Below, in pieces: positions 15,548-28,194 of a stretch of 64,000 nucleotides of DNA; positions within the stretch are counted from its first letter, which is position 1; every line of letters begins with the position of its first letter. A program made the translations under genes and the position numbers. The notes beneath the pieces are model-generated. The model searched no databases. It saw nothing but the letters and a program-made list of their open reading frames with translations, and was not told where the DNA came from. The DNA lies in contig ADNK01000640.1 of the NCBI GenBank assembly GCA_000320545.1, positions 3,693 to 67,692 of the forward strand, in the 5' to 3' direction. Source of the stretch: Bigelowiella natans CCMP2755 (Eukaryota; Protista; Cercozoa).

Positions 15548-15727
15548 ATTTTATACTCTTTTACTTGCACAGAACACTTAGATACAATACACAATATGAA
15601 ACGACATGATGCTCTCCTCCTGGCTCCAAGACAGTCTTTTTAAAGCTTCCTGAAAACGTATGTACGCGAATCAGTAAAGGGTGTATGCGTTGTGTGTGTG
15701 TGTGTGTGTGTATGTGTGTGTGTGTGT

Positions 15728-15780
<53 letters not shown>

Positions 15781-16669
15781 GTGTGTGGGCTGTGCATGGG
15801 GCATTTGAGAAGACAAGAATGTTGAAAACTCACCGTGTATAAACGGGGCCTGACGGAATGAAACGTCCACATGCAATAAGCACAAATATCTTGATTTGAC
15901 CTGCGAAGAGTAGCGATATCAATTACATGACAAGCACTCCCCATCGAGCAGCGAGCTGACAGGCAGTCTCACAGAACAACACATGGTGTAAGCATCTTGG
16001 AACAGCAACGACTTTACAGGGGACGCAAAAGTGCTGATGTATGGTGTTTTGCCGGCGCTCACCGTTATCTTATATTTGTACTGAGCGGTAGTCGAGCACA
16101 TCACGACCCCCATGTTGAGCGCCTATTATAAAGTCAGAGCTCCGTTCACATTGCTGGCGATACCAACATTGATTCTAGATTGCGGCTCGAAATCGGAAAA
16201 GGAATGTTTGTTGTTGTTGTGAGTCGTTGTCATTGTCACACGTCTGTGCAACAAAGGTCCATACAAAATAATGCAGCGGCATGAGTATCCGCCAACTGTA
16301 CACATGAGCTCTTCTCACCCGTGACTTGTATCCAAACCAGTTTGTTTTCTTCGGCCGTTTGGCCACTGAGGGGATGATGATGATCGGGTATTTAACATGC
16401 TGACTCGAAACAGAAAGTCAAAGCTGCTTGCAAGCACAGGCATGTGCTTCAACGATAATTTAAACAGACGCTACACTAAAAAGATTGGTTGTATGGATAG
16501 ACAGACGGACGGACGAACTTACAGGGTGGCAGTTGCTGGGCATTATCTCTAATATGGCGCATACATCGTAATCAGAGACGCAGAAGAACTAGCACGAAAG
16601 CATTCGAATTTGAAAGTGTCGAGAGGTGAGGGAGAAGGAAAAAAATTAATAACGGGTAGGCGATCAGAT

Positions 16670-16719
<50 letters not shown>

Positions 16720-17498
16720 GTTGAGGTCGTGTGTGTGTGGGGGGGGGGGGGGGGGGGGGGGTAAAAATTCCCTTTTTTTTTTTTTAAGAACTCCCACTAG
16801 CTATTTTTGAATCCCTTCTACCAACCTATATGGGTACGGGTCCAAAAATACCGCAACATCGACAAACTTGTTCTTTGGGTACTGCATGTGGTTATCCGAC
16901 ATAGTAGGAGGAGAAGCGACAAGAGTAAAGCAGTCAACAACCAGCTCAGATGGACTCGAGAGATTGACATGGGAACGAAGACATAAACACAAATTTGGAG
17001 CATTTCCAGATTGGGAACAAAAATACTTATGCAATTATTACTGCTATCACTAGTATATACTTCTACACACTACCTTTGCTTGTGGACTGGTGGCTTCGAA
17101 TTCAAACTGTGGAGTTATCGTAACAATCGCAATGTGAAACTTTGGAATCATTGCATCTCGGCGAAGTAGAGTTTGACAACTTTAGAGAACATTCGTATAG
17201 AAGCCGCAGTGTTCTTCGTCGTCATTTATTATCAAATAGAAGGGTAATGGCAGCATAAATTATAGTATACTGGTTTATTTACATCAAGCTGCGGTGTGCT
17301 GAGCGTGCTGTGGGTACTGCGCAAGAAATGATCCTACAAATACAGCACACAAGTTTGTGTGAAGATTACAAATATATTATTAACACACGCGATCAATTTG
17401 GACGTGTTGTTTATCGAGAGAAAGATAGAGAGAGGGAACAAGGGGAAAAGGAAAAGATGGAATAGGAAACTATTCCTTTCATGATTGTGACACACACA

Positions 17499-17533
<35 letters not shown>

Positions 17534-17937
17534 GGAGAGAGAGTAGAAGCAAGCGAAGCCAAATCCGATAGAAGATGGAAAACGCGAGAATTTTAAGATC
17601 ATATGAAATTCACCTTCGCTTCATCCAGATATTTGGCTCTTTCGACCAATGCACGTATGGAACCTGGAAGCACTGCATCAACTACTTTGGAGGACGAACT
17701 GATTTCTTCGTTCGCAGCTTCCATTGGCTTCGCTTCAGTGCCTTTTGTTTCTTCTTTAGTTTCAGTACCGCCTGCTTCTACTTCACTCGTCGTCGCCTCA
17801 GTATCTTTCTCCTCCTTCGTTTCGTTTTCTCCACTGGTCTCCTGGGCTTTGCTATTCTCCTCCTCCCCCTTTTCCACCTCTTCTGGTGGTGGATCAGCCG
17901 TTGTTTGGGCGTCCCCGCCGACGTGCTTCTTGTCCAT
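14554..17937 (-). CDS. Hypothetical multi-exon protein with acidic N-terminus
   Basis: ATG at 17937 opens an acidic exon (MDKKHVGG...LVERAKYLDEAK, GT donor). Further GT/AG-bounded exons read through (e.g. NQCWYRQQCERSSDFIIGAQHGVVMCSTTAQYKYKIT ~16065-16175; VIKAEASKGNKGILGIPKHAVKLIQKT ~14718-14798). Putative last exon ends ..SRAWN* at 14554. No family recognised. Confidence 0.5.
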
Positions 17938-18057
17938 TCTTATGTCTAAGATGAAACCCCCACGCAATCAACGAACGATGAAAGCGAATCCTCCGCCCCC
18001 AACACTCAACACAAAAAACCTGGGCAGGCTCGAATGTACAGTTATTATCTAGATTAT

Positions 18058-19601
18058 TTAAGAAACAGTTCTTAATATGCACATGCGCGTAAAGTATATT
18101 GCGACTTGACAATATCTGCATTCTTGTATTTGTTGTAATTGTTGTTTTCTTTATTTCATCAGCTTCGATACAATACGAAATAAAATCCTAAAAAGGTTTC
18201 CTAAATTAAAGGTCTTAACTAGGTTTGGTATAATTATGGTGGGTTGACTGTAGTTCTATTTTCTGTTTTACTTTTATTTTTAATCTACAGTGATCTACAA
18301 TGATTCACAGCTATAAACCCGGTCTATATTTCTTTCAAGGGTATTGTTTTTATTGTTGTCTGGTATTATTTTATATTTTTTAAACTAATATTAAAAATGG
18401 AAAGCTATAGTGATATTTCCGAATTTGATAATGAAACTAATTTATCAAACTTCTTCTTAAAATGCGCCATAACTGGAGTGCTTATATTTATCTTCTTTTA
18501 CTCGTATCTATCTCCCTTCATTTATATTTAATCTCGGGTTGGTCAAATTCCCAGAGGCTCTCCTGTGTTTTATATTTCCAATAACTGACCCACAAAAGTC
18601 TCGAGTTGGTCAAATTCTCAGAGACTCTCCTGTGTTTTATATTTCCAGTAACTGGCCCAGAAAAGTCTCGAGTTGGTCAAATTCTCAGAGACTCTCCTGT
18701 GTTTTATATTTCCAATAACTGGCCCACAAAAGTCTCGAGTTGGTCAAATTCTCAGAGACTCTCCTGTGTTTTATATTTCCAGTAACTGGCCCACAAAAGT
18801 CTCGAGTTGGTCAAATTCTCAGAGACTCTCCTGTGTTTTATATTTCCAATATCTGGCCCACAAAAGTCTCGAGTTGGTCAAATTCTCAGAGACTCTCCTG
18901 TGTTAAAAGTGGAATTAGGTAATTCATTCTGGAAACCATCCTAGTGCATCCTGCCCAGTTAAACCGGACCCATTGGACCCATTGGACCCACTTGGACCCA
19001 CTTGGACTCACTTCGAGTTGGTCAAATTCTCAGAGACTCTCCTGTGTTTTATATTTCCAATAACTGGCCCACAAAAGTCTCGAGTTGGTCAAATTCTCAG
19101 AGACTCTCCTGTGTTTTACAAATTAAGTTCAGCCCTACCTTCTACAGAAATAATCACTGCGTAACCAGGGTAGGTTCGTGGGCCAGTTTAAAATTGGAGA
19201 TATGAAACACAGGAGAGTCTCTGGAAATTTGACCAACTCGAGATAATCCTGGGATATATATTATTTTAAGGATAAGTATAAATAAAGACCAATTAATGCA
19301 AAATTATACCCTTTACACGAGTTTTATGTAAAAAGGGATATTTGCGGAATATCGAAATAAGTCAAAATTAAACCCTATAAATACCCATATTAGACAAATA
19401 TTTGAGTTTTATAGTAGATATACTGGGTACGACTCGTATATATAGAAGAAATTATTAGGTTTAGAGAGATAAATACAAAATTACAAGATTTTACAAGACT
19501 TAAAACAAATTACAGAGAAACGAAATGTAAATTTCCAAAAGCAAAATATAGTTGTCGCGGTCGTGAATTATAGACCATGCATATTAAGAACTGTTTCTTA
19601 A
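18058..19601. mobile_element. Non-autonomous TIR element (copy 1, unmutated), ~1.54 kb
   Basis: Perfect 24-bp terminal inverted repeat TTAAGAAACAGTTCTTAATATGCA (18058-18081) / TGCATATTAAGAACTGTTTCTTAA (19578-19601). AT-rich, no credible ORF, internal tandem repeats. Outer TTAA plus GA...TC termini fits a Kolobok-type TTAA target site, but the TTAA may instead be part of the terminal palindrome. Confidence 0.85.
18533..19116 (+). repeat. 67-bp tandem repeat array (~5.5 + ~1.5 copies) split by a ~110-bp insert containing GGACCCA(C)TT mini-repeats
   Basis: Unit CTCGAGTTGGTCAAATTCTCAGAGACTCTCCTGTGTTTTATATTTCCARTAACTGGCCCASAAAAGT recurs every 67 bp (18600, 18667, 18734, 18801, 18868). Confidence 0.92.
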
Positions 19602-19657
19602 CCGCATGACAAGACGACATCACCCCTCGATCCGATCCAGAGAGCATTTAGGAAACG

Positions 19658-20781
19658 ATGTACGACAACATGGAAGTCAACCGAAGCAACAGCAACGCAA
19701 AGAGCCCTACCATGACCTGGGTTTTGTTAGGGTTTGTGGGGTTGTTTTCCATCATTGCTTTGATTATTGCTTCGGTGGCTATGCATAAGGCAGGAAACTG
19801 TTCATGTAACTCCGGCAGCGACACGACATCCATCGACCGCATCTCTGGCTCAACCAGCTTCAACGCATTTACAACCTATTGGGAGGCTTATGATGGTAAT
19901 TCGTATTGAAATTCTCTCGATGAAACGGGGAAATAAACCTCCGATGATAATATTTTTAAACATTATGCTTACCATTTACAAGATACGTGTGTTATAATTT
20001 TTTTGGCATCTCCCCCATCCCCCCATCTCCTGAAGAGGCCAATTGGAAGAAGACTGTGGCCGATGATATAAAATTCGAGATCGATAAGATTCAAGGAAGC
20101 GCACGCACGGGAAAAGACAACGTCTGGAGCTTTCGAATGGGACTTTCTTCCGACCCGAACGGCCAGCTCACTTGGACCAACACGTACGATAGTTATTTCT
20201 ACGATCCCGACCAGAACACTCTTTTGGCGCGAATGATTTCGATCTTGCGCAACACCGGAGAGACGATGCAAGTTGGGTGGTGGACTTGCAAATTCAATTC
20301 TGAAGGCAAGATCTCATCAATGTCCCAGAAGGTAATCTGGGCTAGCTGGCTCGTCGGATACTCCAACCAACAGAGCACTGCGGATAAGATATCAGGCAAA
20401 TATGGTTTCAACGCATTTACGACTGCTTGGGAGAACTATGATGAAACAACTTGGAAGTCGATTGTCGCCGACGATATTAATTTTGGCATCGATCAGATAA
20501 ATAGCAGCTTCATCCAGGGCAAGGAGAATGTATGGGCATTCCGCAAGACCTTGCAAAACGGCACCAACTCTCGGCTTGCGTGGACGAACACTTATTCAAA
20601 CTTCCTTATCGATCCATCCAACTCTTCGATCCTCCATGCACAAATGACCAGCTACATCAAAGCCACGGGCCAGACGATGCAGCTTGGTAAGTGGGTTTGC
20701 GAGTTCAACCAGCAAGGGAGAATTCGCAAAATGCGGCAGAACGTCCTGTGGGCTAGCTGGTTGAACTCAACTTCAAGCTGA
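19658..20781 (+). CDS. Membrane-anchored protein with two tandem SnoaL/NTF2-like domains (one intron ~19896-20035)
   Basis: TM helix WVLLGFVGLFSIIALIIASVAM. Internal duplication: ISGSTSFNAFTTYWEAYD-EANWKKTVADDIKFEID..GKDNVWSFR..WTNTY..GWWTCKFNSEGKI..VIWASWL versus ISGKYGFNAFTTAWENYDETTWKSIVADDINFGID..GKENVWAFR..WTNTY..GKWVCEFNQQGRI..VLWASWL. The fold call rests on the F..AW..D / ADD..F / G...v / f..dGkI pattern. Confidence 0.75.
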
Positions 20782-20925
20782 AGTCAATCAAGCTGTCATG
20801 GAGTTGGTTCCAATTTTCTGTGACAGACATGCGTTAGTGCGGAATGCCTTCGATGCGATGCAATGCGATGATGTGACATGCACTGGCTAGCTAGTGCATT
20901 GAGGATGTGCGGTACTACTGACTAG

Positions 20926-21074
20926 CTAGCTAGGGCTAGAGGGTAGGATGCGCACAATAGACATGTAACTCTTCTCAACCTCATCACGAATTTTCTGAAT
21001 CCTTTCATCATTGAGAAGAAAATCAACGATATCGTTATGACACATCTCATTAGCCCAGTCCAATGCGGTTTGGC
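20926..21074 (-). pseudogene. Orphan 3' exon encoding an ankyrin repeat
   Basis: GQTALDWANEMCHNDIVDFLL matches the ankyrin G.TaLh.A...g...iv..Ll consensus. It follows a TTTTGCACTAG acceptor and no upstream exons are visible before the element at 21292. Confidence 0.55.
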
Positions 21075-21291
21075 CTAGTGCAAAAAGCAAACAACAATTG
21101 CATGGCACAACAGCAGTATCAGCCTACATCATCTAGCCAACAAATCAACCTACCATCGATTTTGCAACCACAAAACACTCAACAAACCTACTAACCACCC
21201 CAAATCCGTTTGTGTGTACTTTTTCTGCTATGCCTAATTCTACTACCACTACTACTGCTACTACTACTACTACTCGTATTACTATCCACTC

Positions 21292-22789
21292 AAAACTCAA
21301 TATTTGTCTAATATGGGTATTTATAGGGTTTAATTTTGACTTATTTCGATGTTCCGCAAATGTCCCTTTTTGCATAAAACTCGTGTAAAGGGTATAATTT
21401 TGCATTAATTGGTCTTCATTTACACTTATCCTTAAAATAATATGTATCCCAGGATTATCTCGAGTTGGTCAAATTTCCAGAGACTCTCCTGTGTTTCATG
21501 TCTCCAATTTTAAACTGGCCCACGAACCTACCCTGGTTACGCAGTGATTGTTTCTGTAGAAGGTAGGGCTGAATTAAATAGTAGGAGGGGGGTATTCATA
21601 TTTCTATACATAAAGGTCTCGAGTTGGTCAAATTTCCAGAGACTCTCCTGTGTTTCATGTCTCCAATTTTAAACTGGCCCACGAACCTACCCTGGTTACG
21701 CAGTGATTATTTCCATGGAAGGTAGGGCTGAACTCAAATGGTAGGAGGGGGGTATTCATATTTCTACACACAAAGGTCTCGAGTTGGTCAAATTTCCAGA
21801 GACTCTCCTGTGTTTCATATCTCCAATTTTAAACTGGCCCACGAACCTACCCTGGTTACGCAGTGATTATTTCTGTAGAAGGTAGGGCTGAACTCAATTT
21901 GTAAAACACAGGAGAGTCTCTGAGAATTTGACCAACTCGAGACTTTTGTGGGCCAGTTATTGGAAATGTAAAACACAGGAGAGTCTCTGAGAATTTGACC
22001 AACTCGAGACTTTTCTGGGCCAGTTACTGGAAACACAAAACACAGGAGAGTCTCTGAGAATTTGACCAACTCGAGACTTTTGTGGGCCAGTTGTTGGAAA
22101 TATAAAACACAGGAGAGTCTCTGAGAATTTGACCAACTCGAGACTTTTCTGGGCCAGTTACTGGAAATATAAAACACAGGAGAGTCTCTGAGAATTTGAC
22201 CAACTCGAGACTTTTGTGGGTCAGTTATTGGAAATACAAAACACAGGAGAGCCTCTGGGAATTTGACCAACCCGAGATGTTGTTAAGTATTGGTCCATGT
22301 TCCGATGTATTTTGATCAAATATAAATGAAGGGAGATAGATGCGAGTAAAAGAAGATAAATATAAGCACTCCAGTTGTGGCGCATTTTGAGAAGAAGTTT
22401 GATAAATTAGTTTCATTGTCAAATTCGGAAATATCACTATAGCTTTCCATTTTTAATGTTAGTTTAAAAAACATAAAATAACACCAGACAACAATGAAAA
22501 CAATACCCTTGAAAGAAATGTAGACCGGGTTTATAGCTGTGAATCATTGTAGATCACTGTGGATTAAAAATGAAAGTAAAACAGAAAATGGAACTACAGT
22601 CAACCCACCATGATCATGCCAAACCTAGTTAAGACCTTCAATTTAGGAAACCTTTTTAGGATTTTATTTCGTATTGTATCGAAGCTGATGAAACAAAGAA
22701 AACAACAATTGCAACAAATACAAGAATGCAGATGTTGTCAAGTCGCAATGTGCTTTGCGCGCATGTGCATGTTAAGAACTGTTTCTTAA
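21292..22789 (-). mobile_element. Inverted, one-end-truncated copy 2 of the TIR element, partially TpA-hypermutated
   Basis: Reverse complement of 18058-19400 with extra ~159-bp units (CTCGAG at 21459, 21618, 21778) and 67-bp units (21903-22275). Terminal palindrome at 22772-22789. The differences from copy 1 that I checked are TA>TG or TA>CA. Confidence 0.88.
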
Positions 22790-23318
22790 CTCGAGGATCT
22801 AAAGCTTGCTCTGCTCAAAGCCATGAAGGAAATTGCAGATCGGAACGACCAAATGAGAAAGAAAAAGACTTGCAACATTCACGTGGTAAACGTGCACGAT
22901 TGTGGAATGAAGTGGAATGAAGTGTTGATCAACATGTTTCATTTGACATGATTGGCACTCGGGTTTGCAATTTTCTTGCAAGTGAGATGTCATGCGCATT
23001 TGTTGCTTTGTTAGTTAGGCAGCACAAAGATGAGTCCATGACAAGGTTGCAAGAGAAGCAGCTCGAAGAGCACAGCATGCAGGTGCAGGTGTTGCAAAAG
23101 CAGCTCGATGCAGCAAGTTCACACAACGAAATTTTGAAAAATGTGCAAATTCCATCATCCCAATTTGATCGAGATTGTGCATGGAGAGAATTCGACATTT
23201 CAATGGGAACAGAAGAGGAAGAAGACAAATTCGACAGTGTTCAAAAAAAAAAATGTCAGTGTCATGATTTTGCAGTGACGTGCACACGCACAAACATCGC
23301 ACAACAAACCACAACAAA

Positions 23319-23576
23319 ATGGACCACATCTGGCATTCTTTGGAGATCATCTCACAACTGTTGATCATCATTGGAGGGTTGAACTGGGGGCTGATCGCCG
23401 TCTACGATCTCGATCTGGTTGCGAGCCTTTTTGGCCCCAAAACTGTCGCAAGCCGTTTGGCATGTGGTTTGGTGGGAATGGGGGCCATGCTCTCGGCTCA
23501 ATTCCTTTTGCTAAAGTTGACAGAGGCCCAAGATTCGACCGTCGTCGAGTCTAGTGAAAGTGAAACGGTGGCATGA
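23319..23576 (+). CDS. DUF378-family small membrane protein (hypermutated)
   Basis: LLIIIGGLNWGLIAVYDLDLVASLFG..SRLACGLVG matches the DUF378 L.IiGglNWGl.g...dlV..lfG...sriiY.lvG consensus, with Cys (TGT) at the conserved Tyr position. Confidence 0.8.
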   Translation: MDHIWHSLEIISQLLIIIGGLNWGLIAVYDLDLVASLFGPKTVASRLACGLVGMGAMLSAQFLLLKLTEAQDSTVVESSESETVA

Positions 23577-23688
23577 GCTAAAATGCGTTTCTTCTTTTGC
23601 ATTGCTAAATGTTTTTTGCCACTTTGCAGTGATCGATGGAGACAGCGATCTGGCCTTTCCTGTTTTGTTTCTGTGCGCGCCTTCCAGA

Positions 23689-26005
23689 CAATGGCCAGTT
23701 CCTCTGCATGTTCGTTCGTGGAAACAATCTGGAATGTGATCGAAAGTGCAAACAAATCAGAAACCATTGGCCTTCGCTCAAAGAAAATGCTAGAACTTTT
23801 CCATTGTTTGGATGAGAATCGTTTGTGGGAAGAACGCGCCAAGGCATGCAGAAAACATGCTCGATTTGAGGACATGGTTGTTCGCAAGATGCCACAGACA
23901 ATGCGACACGAACTGTTTCCCTGCGTCCCTTCCAAAACACAGTGCGAACATCTCAAACTGCAGCACAAATTGGGGACAAAATCAAACAGATGTGAGATGT
24001 TTTTAGAAAGCAAGAATCGATTTTGTTTTGATTCTGTTCCTCTCTTGCAAGGTGTGCGGTCATGTCATTGTCACATTGGGACGGAATCAGTTCATCGCAA
24101 AGTCACGGAGCCTTCATCAAACAAGTGGTTGGATGGCGATCCGTCGAAATTGGTGCTCACCTGTGTTCTCATTGCACAACACATTTTCAAAAATGACGTC
24201 GATTTTTTTTTTTTTTGTGAAAAGAGGACCAAGCTCTGACCCACTCCACCACAAATGTGCACAAACCTCAACCATGGGAACAAGATTGTGTGCTGGATGT
24301 GGACCAGGATCATTGCAAAAATTTGGCCCGACCAATTGAAAAAAAAAATTCCAAATCACTTGGTGAACTGAGTGCAAGACAATGCAATTGCCTCCTTGGT
24401 GAAACTCATCCTGCTGCACTTCATTCCGATCAAAACATTGAGGGATGGGCTGTGATGAGATCAGCCATCGCAAACAAATGCAAAGTGACACAAGATCACG
24501 TTGACGAATTTTGCAAAGGTGATGGAGTCTCAAAACAAGTGAAATCCAATGCAGAAGAAACCGACATGAAGAAACATGGTGGAAATTTCACTTCGAAAGA
24601 ATGGGCTGAACAATCAAAAGTGATGCAAACCCTGACTGACAGAAAATTGGCAAACGATGTAGCAAAACAAGATGAAATCCTTCAAGAAAGAGCAGACATT
24701 GCACTAGCAAGAGAACTTCAACGGAGAGAAGGGAAAATTGAAGAGGAACATGAAGAAAATGATGAAAAAAATCACAGGAACGAAGAATTTCAAAAGACAA
24801 ATTTTCTCTGCTAAACATTTTCATTTCATTTTGTCCCGTGACAAAAGATGGCCCACAGTGTTCCGTTTGCTCAGGCTTGAAGATGCAACAATGGGCACCA
24901 TGTTTCTGCGCTTCATGTGCATTGTCAGAAAACCAGAAAATGGAAAAGCAATGAAGATGAACACGATTGAAAAGCCAAATGCAATGGAGGAAGCCATCAT
25001 GGGCAGACATGAAATGCAGCGCTTCAATGCATCTTTCGATTCACATTTTGACAAGGTCGACAACTGCGAAAAAAAAGAAAGACATTTGTCAGTCTGATTT
25101 GTTTTTGTTTGGGAGCAGCTAGAGCACGGCATCAATTTGGAGGAAGTGCACACACAACATCAATGGAGTTTCAAAACCAGGCGATGGAAGACACCCGGCC
25201 TGGCCACGTGAAAGTGGGCAACGACGCCATCACAATCGTGGCGCATGCGTGTGCATGCGAAACATGCGCAGTGCATGTTGGGAAAGCAAAATTTGACAGC
25301 ATGCTCTCAAATTTGTCACTGCACCATCTTCAAATCATGGGGGCCCACTGCAACATGTTGGCAGGCCACTTGACACAAGGAACCCTTGTCAAGGCGCTCA
25401 TGACCTCCACATGCTTTCACAGTCAGTTTGACACAAGCATGGCTGTGGCCAACCACAAACACTTGGACACAAAAATGAACAACGAAACGGACGTTGATTC
25501 GCAAGTCAAGAAGATGACAGAAGAGATGTCAACGAACGATGGCTCTGGCAGTTCCAGTGTGTCAAATGTTCTGACAAATGCAAACACACAGGAAAGCAAG
25601 TCGGACAACGTTGAACCATTTGGCGCATTTAGCGAGCTAAACCCGTTCACACTGGAGAGCATTTGCGGTCCTAGGTCGATGGCAGCAATGCGCATGATTT
25701 CACAGAAAGTTCCAGGCGTGCACACCGCAGAAATGCTCAAAGAAGAACCAGATCTGCTGGACACATTTGACATTGAACTAGACCCTGTCATCGAGACAGA
25801 GCTTCGTGAAAATGGAGCCCTGAATTTCTCCGAAACCAATGAAAACCACCATGGCGCAAGCAAACTTCCGGCCGCAAAAAAGGTGTTTTCTGATCTCCAT
25901 CGGAATTTGAAGCGCATGACGACCGGGACCCACTTTTCCAGTGCACGCGAAACCACTAGGCTCAAGTGCACACAGAATCACCTAGCCAGTGCAGAAGCCA
26001 AGTGA
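23689..26005 (+). pseudogene. Frameshifted, hypermutated ORF remnants of unknown function (23583-24239, 24257-24814, 24738-25097, 25109-26005)
   Basis: Consecutive + strand ORFs with breaks near homopolymer runs. Protein-like composition but Tyr-free and Cys/His/Met-rich. Confidence 0.45.
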
Positions 26006-28194
26006 CTTTGCGTGTTCTTTGAACTGTTTTTTCTTTGAAAAAAGAAATCTTTTGCAAAACCAAAAGCACCAGAGATCAACGCATTCCTGTTGGCATCAGG
26101 CACTGGCGCCATGATCTGTTTTTGTTGATGGATGTGTCTTTTGCGTTTTTTGCTGCCCCCGCTCATTGTTGACAGTTTGTTTCTTCCAATTTTTTGATTC
26201 TTGTTCATGTTTTTCATGGCCTTTTTTGCTTGGTCCTGTGTCTGTTTGAATTCATCAGCAAACACATCAGAGACCCGCGACCATTCCTCATCTACATCTT
26301 TGGTCAGATTTTTTGCAGATTTGAAGTTCTTTGCGGTGCGAGATGACTCTTTTGTTTTCTCCAACATTTCCCCCAACAGGACCTGCGCTTTTTTCAGCTC
26401 GGCTGTTTCCCCATTTCTGTCGGCATCCTTCTCGCCATCGACCTCCTGGATGGGTTTCTTGCCACAAACAGCTTCGAGGTCTGCCAGGACGTCGCTGAAA
26501 AGTGCAAGCGCATGGAACATCGTCGTGCGTTTTGGCAGAAAGCTTTCGGAGGCAACAAGTCCCTTCAAGGTTTCCTTTGTCCGCCTGGCGATGTGGTGGG
26601 CGTCTTGTTCGCATTTGTTCTCGGTCAAGACGTTCGACATGCTCTCTGGGAGATTGTTGCCCATGAATTTGATGGCGTTCTGCACCACAAGTTCGACCCC
26701 TGCATTGTCAAGCTTTTTGCGCACATCTCTTGCCTTTTTTTTCATCACAATGGTCAGCATGGTTGAAGCGTCCATGTGATCATCGCAGCCAACTAGCATG
26801 ACGTTTTGCGCCTTTTGTGCCATGGAAGCCACCTCACTGAGACAGCTAGCGTCTTCATCATTCGTGACCTTCTCTGCTGTGTCATGCTCTCCTAGTCCCA
26901 GACCTTTCAACTCAATGCTCACATTGCAAACTTCGTCCAGCTCTTTGGCCATGAGAGTTGTTTTGAAGATGAATTCATTGAGCTTTTCGATGGAATCGTC
27001 GCTGGTGAGGCTGTTCTTCCACTCTGCATGACCCACACTCTTTGAAAACTCACACTTTGTGCATGGTTGGGTGATGTTGCGTGAGAATGTTTCGAGCAGA
27101 GGGTTGTCACTCAGTCCCGAGCCCGACACGCGAAATTGGAAGGATGAGGTGGTTTTCAGTTTGCGCTCAAGCTCTTCCATCGTTTTCGCATGTGAGTGTT
27201 GTCAATGCAGGATGAATGGTTTGGCAATCTGCAACCTTCAAAATCGAGGTCAAACGTGAGCTTGTGCAGTCTTTTGTCAGCCATGTCGACTGCCGAATCC
27301 GATTCCTTCATCTCTTTCTTTGAAAAGGTGGAATTCACCATGAAGGGAGAGGCCAGATGCGAAAATGAAGAGAAGTAAGTGGCGCTTTCAAAGAGTTGGA
27401 ACTTGCACAAGTTTTTGTTGTCAAGGTTGGCCTTCCCAGAGTGCCGCAGTCTTGGGTCAGGGACTCCCATGGTGTTCATGTTGAAGATGTTTTCATGTTC
27501 ACGTGCGCAGCTGTTGTGGGATTCATCACACAGCATTGGAGTTTCCAAGTTGGATCCCAGCAACACCATGTTGCCAATTGAATTGCACGTTTCTGCATGT
27601 GAATCATTGCGCAATGTCCCAATTGCGTGCAGGTTGCTTCGAATGTGTTGGTCTTTGCAAAGATTGAGGTCGGGATGAAAGAGCATCATTGGGAGCTTTG
27701 CTTTTGAGGTGTCTCTCCCGAACATTTGATTGCCTTGTGCTCACATGTTCATTCAATTTCCGAATCTTCATGGGATTCTCTCTCCAGGCATCAACGTGAT
27801 CCAGGGTGCCTTCGTTCATGAATTCTGCAAGCTTCACCTTGCCGTCTTCGCACCCAAACGATGAAAGCACTTTGTCAAACATTGTCTCAACACTGTGCTC
27901 ATGCTCGTCGACTTTCTCGTCTTCTCCAGGCCTGCTTTCCGTCTTTTGTTCTTCTTTTTGGTCACCTGTTTGGCATTGCAAGTGAAAAACAGGACGCAAC
28001 AACTTGCAACTGCGTCCACATTTGCCATTGACTGCAGGGGGTCTCCGTGGCACAGGTCTCACAGCCGAATTCGGTGGGATGTTGTGAAACTGTTGCAGCA
28101 GCTCACACTCACAATCCACAATTTCTTGATCAATGTCGTCATTCATCTTTCGCAATTGACAGCAGAAGAGAAGGAGGGGGGTGGGATGTAGCAA
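25978..28194 (-). pseudogene. Hypermutated ORF remnants of unknown function (25978-27180, 27156-27725, 27604-28194), possibly one frameshifted gene
   Basis: Overlapping - strand ORFs. The 400-aa ORF is helical and charged with a KKRKRH NLS-like patch. Tyr is nearly absent. Confidence 0.45.

Noticed and set aside
1500-17560. Many short ORFs with poly-CV, HT, LS, ER, YI tracts (throughout the window)
   Set aside because: They arise from intronic microsatellites or the antisense strand of real exons.
18533-19116. CRISPR-like array (36-bp core plus ~31-bp intervening sequence)
   Set aside because: The intervening sequences are near-identical rather than unique spacers, the context is eukaryotic and no cas genes are present.
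18673-19205. ORFs MVKFSETLLC... (also 21815-22270)
   Set aside because: They are translations of the 67-bp tandem repeat.
18058-22789. Classical RIP (CpA to TpA) acting on the AT-rich copies
   Set aside because: Conserved residues require TA, repeat arms show CA versus TG at the same site, and the TA-rich 369-aa ORF has no stops.
24738-26005. Tyrosine recombinase in the + strand remnants
   Set aside because: Only vague H/R/Y spacing after de-mutation; no convincing R-K-HxxR-H-Y set. Needs a profile search.
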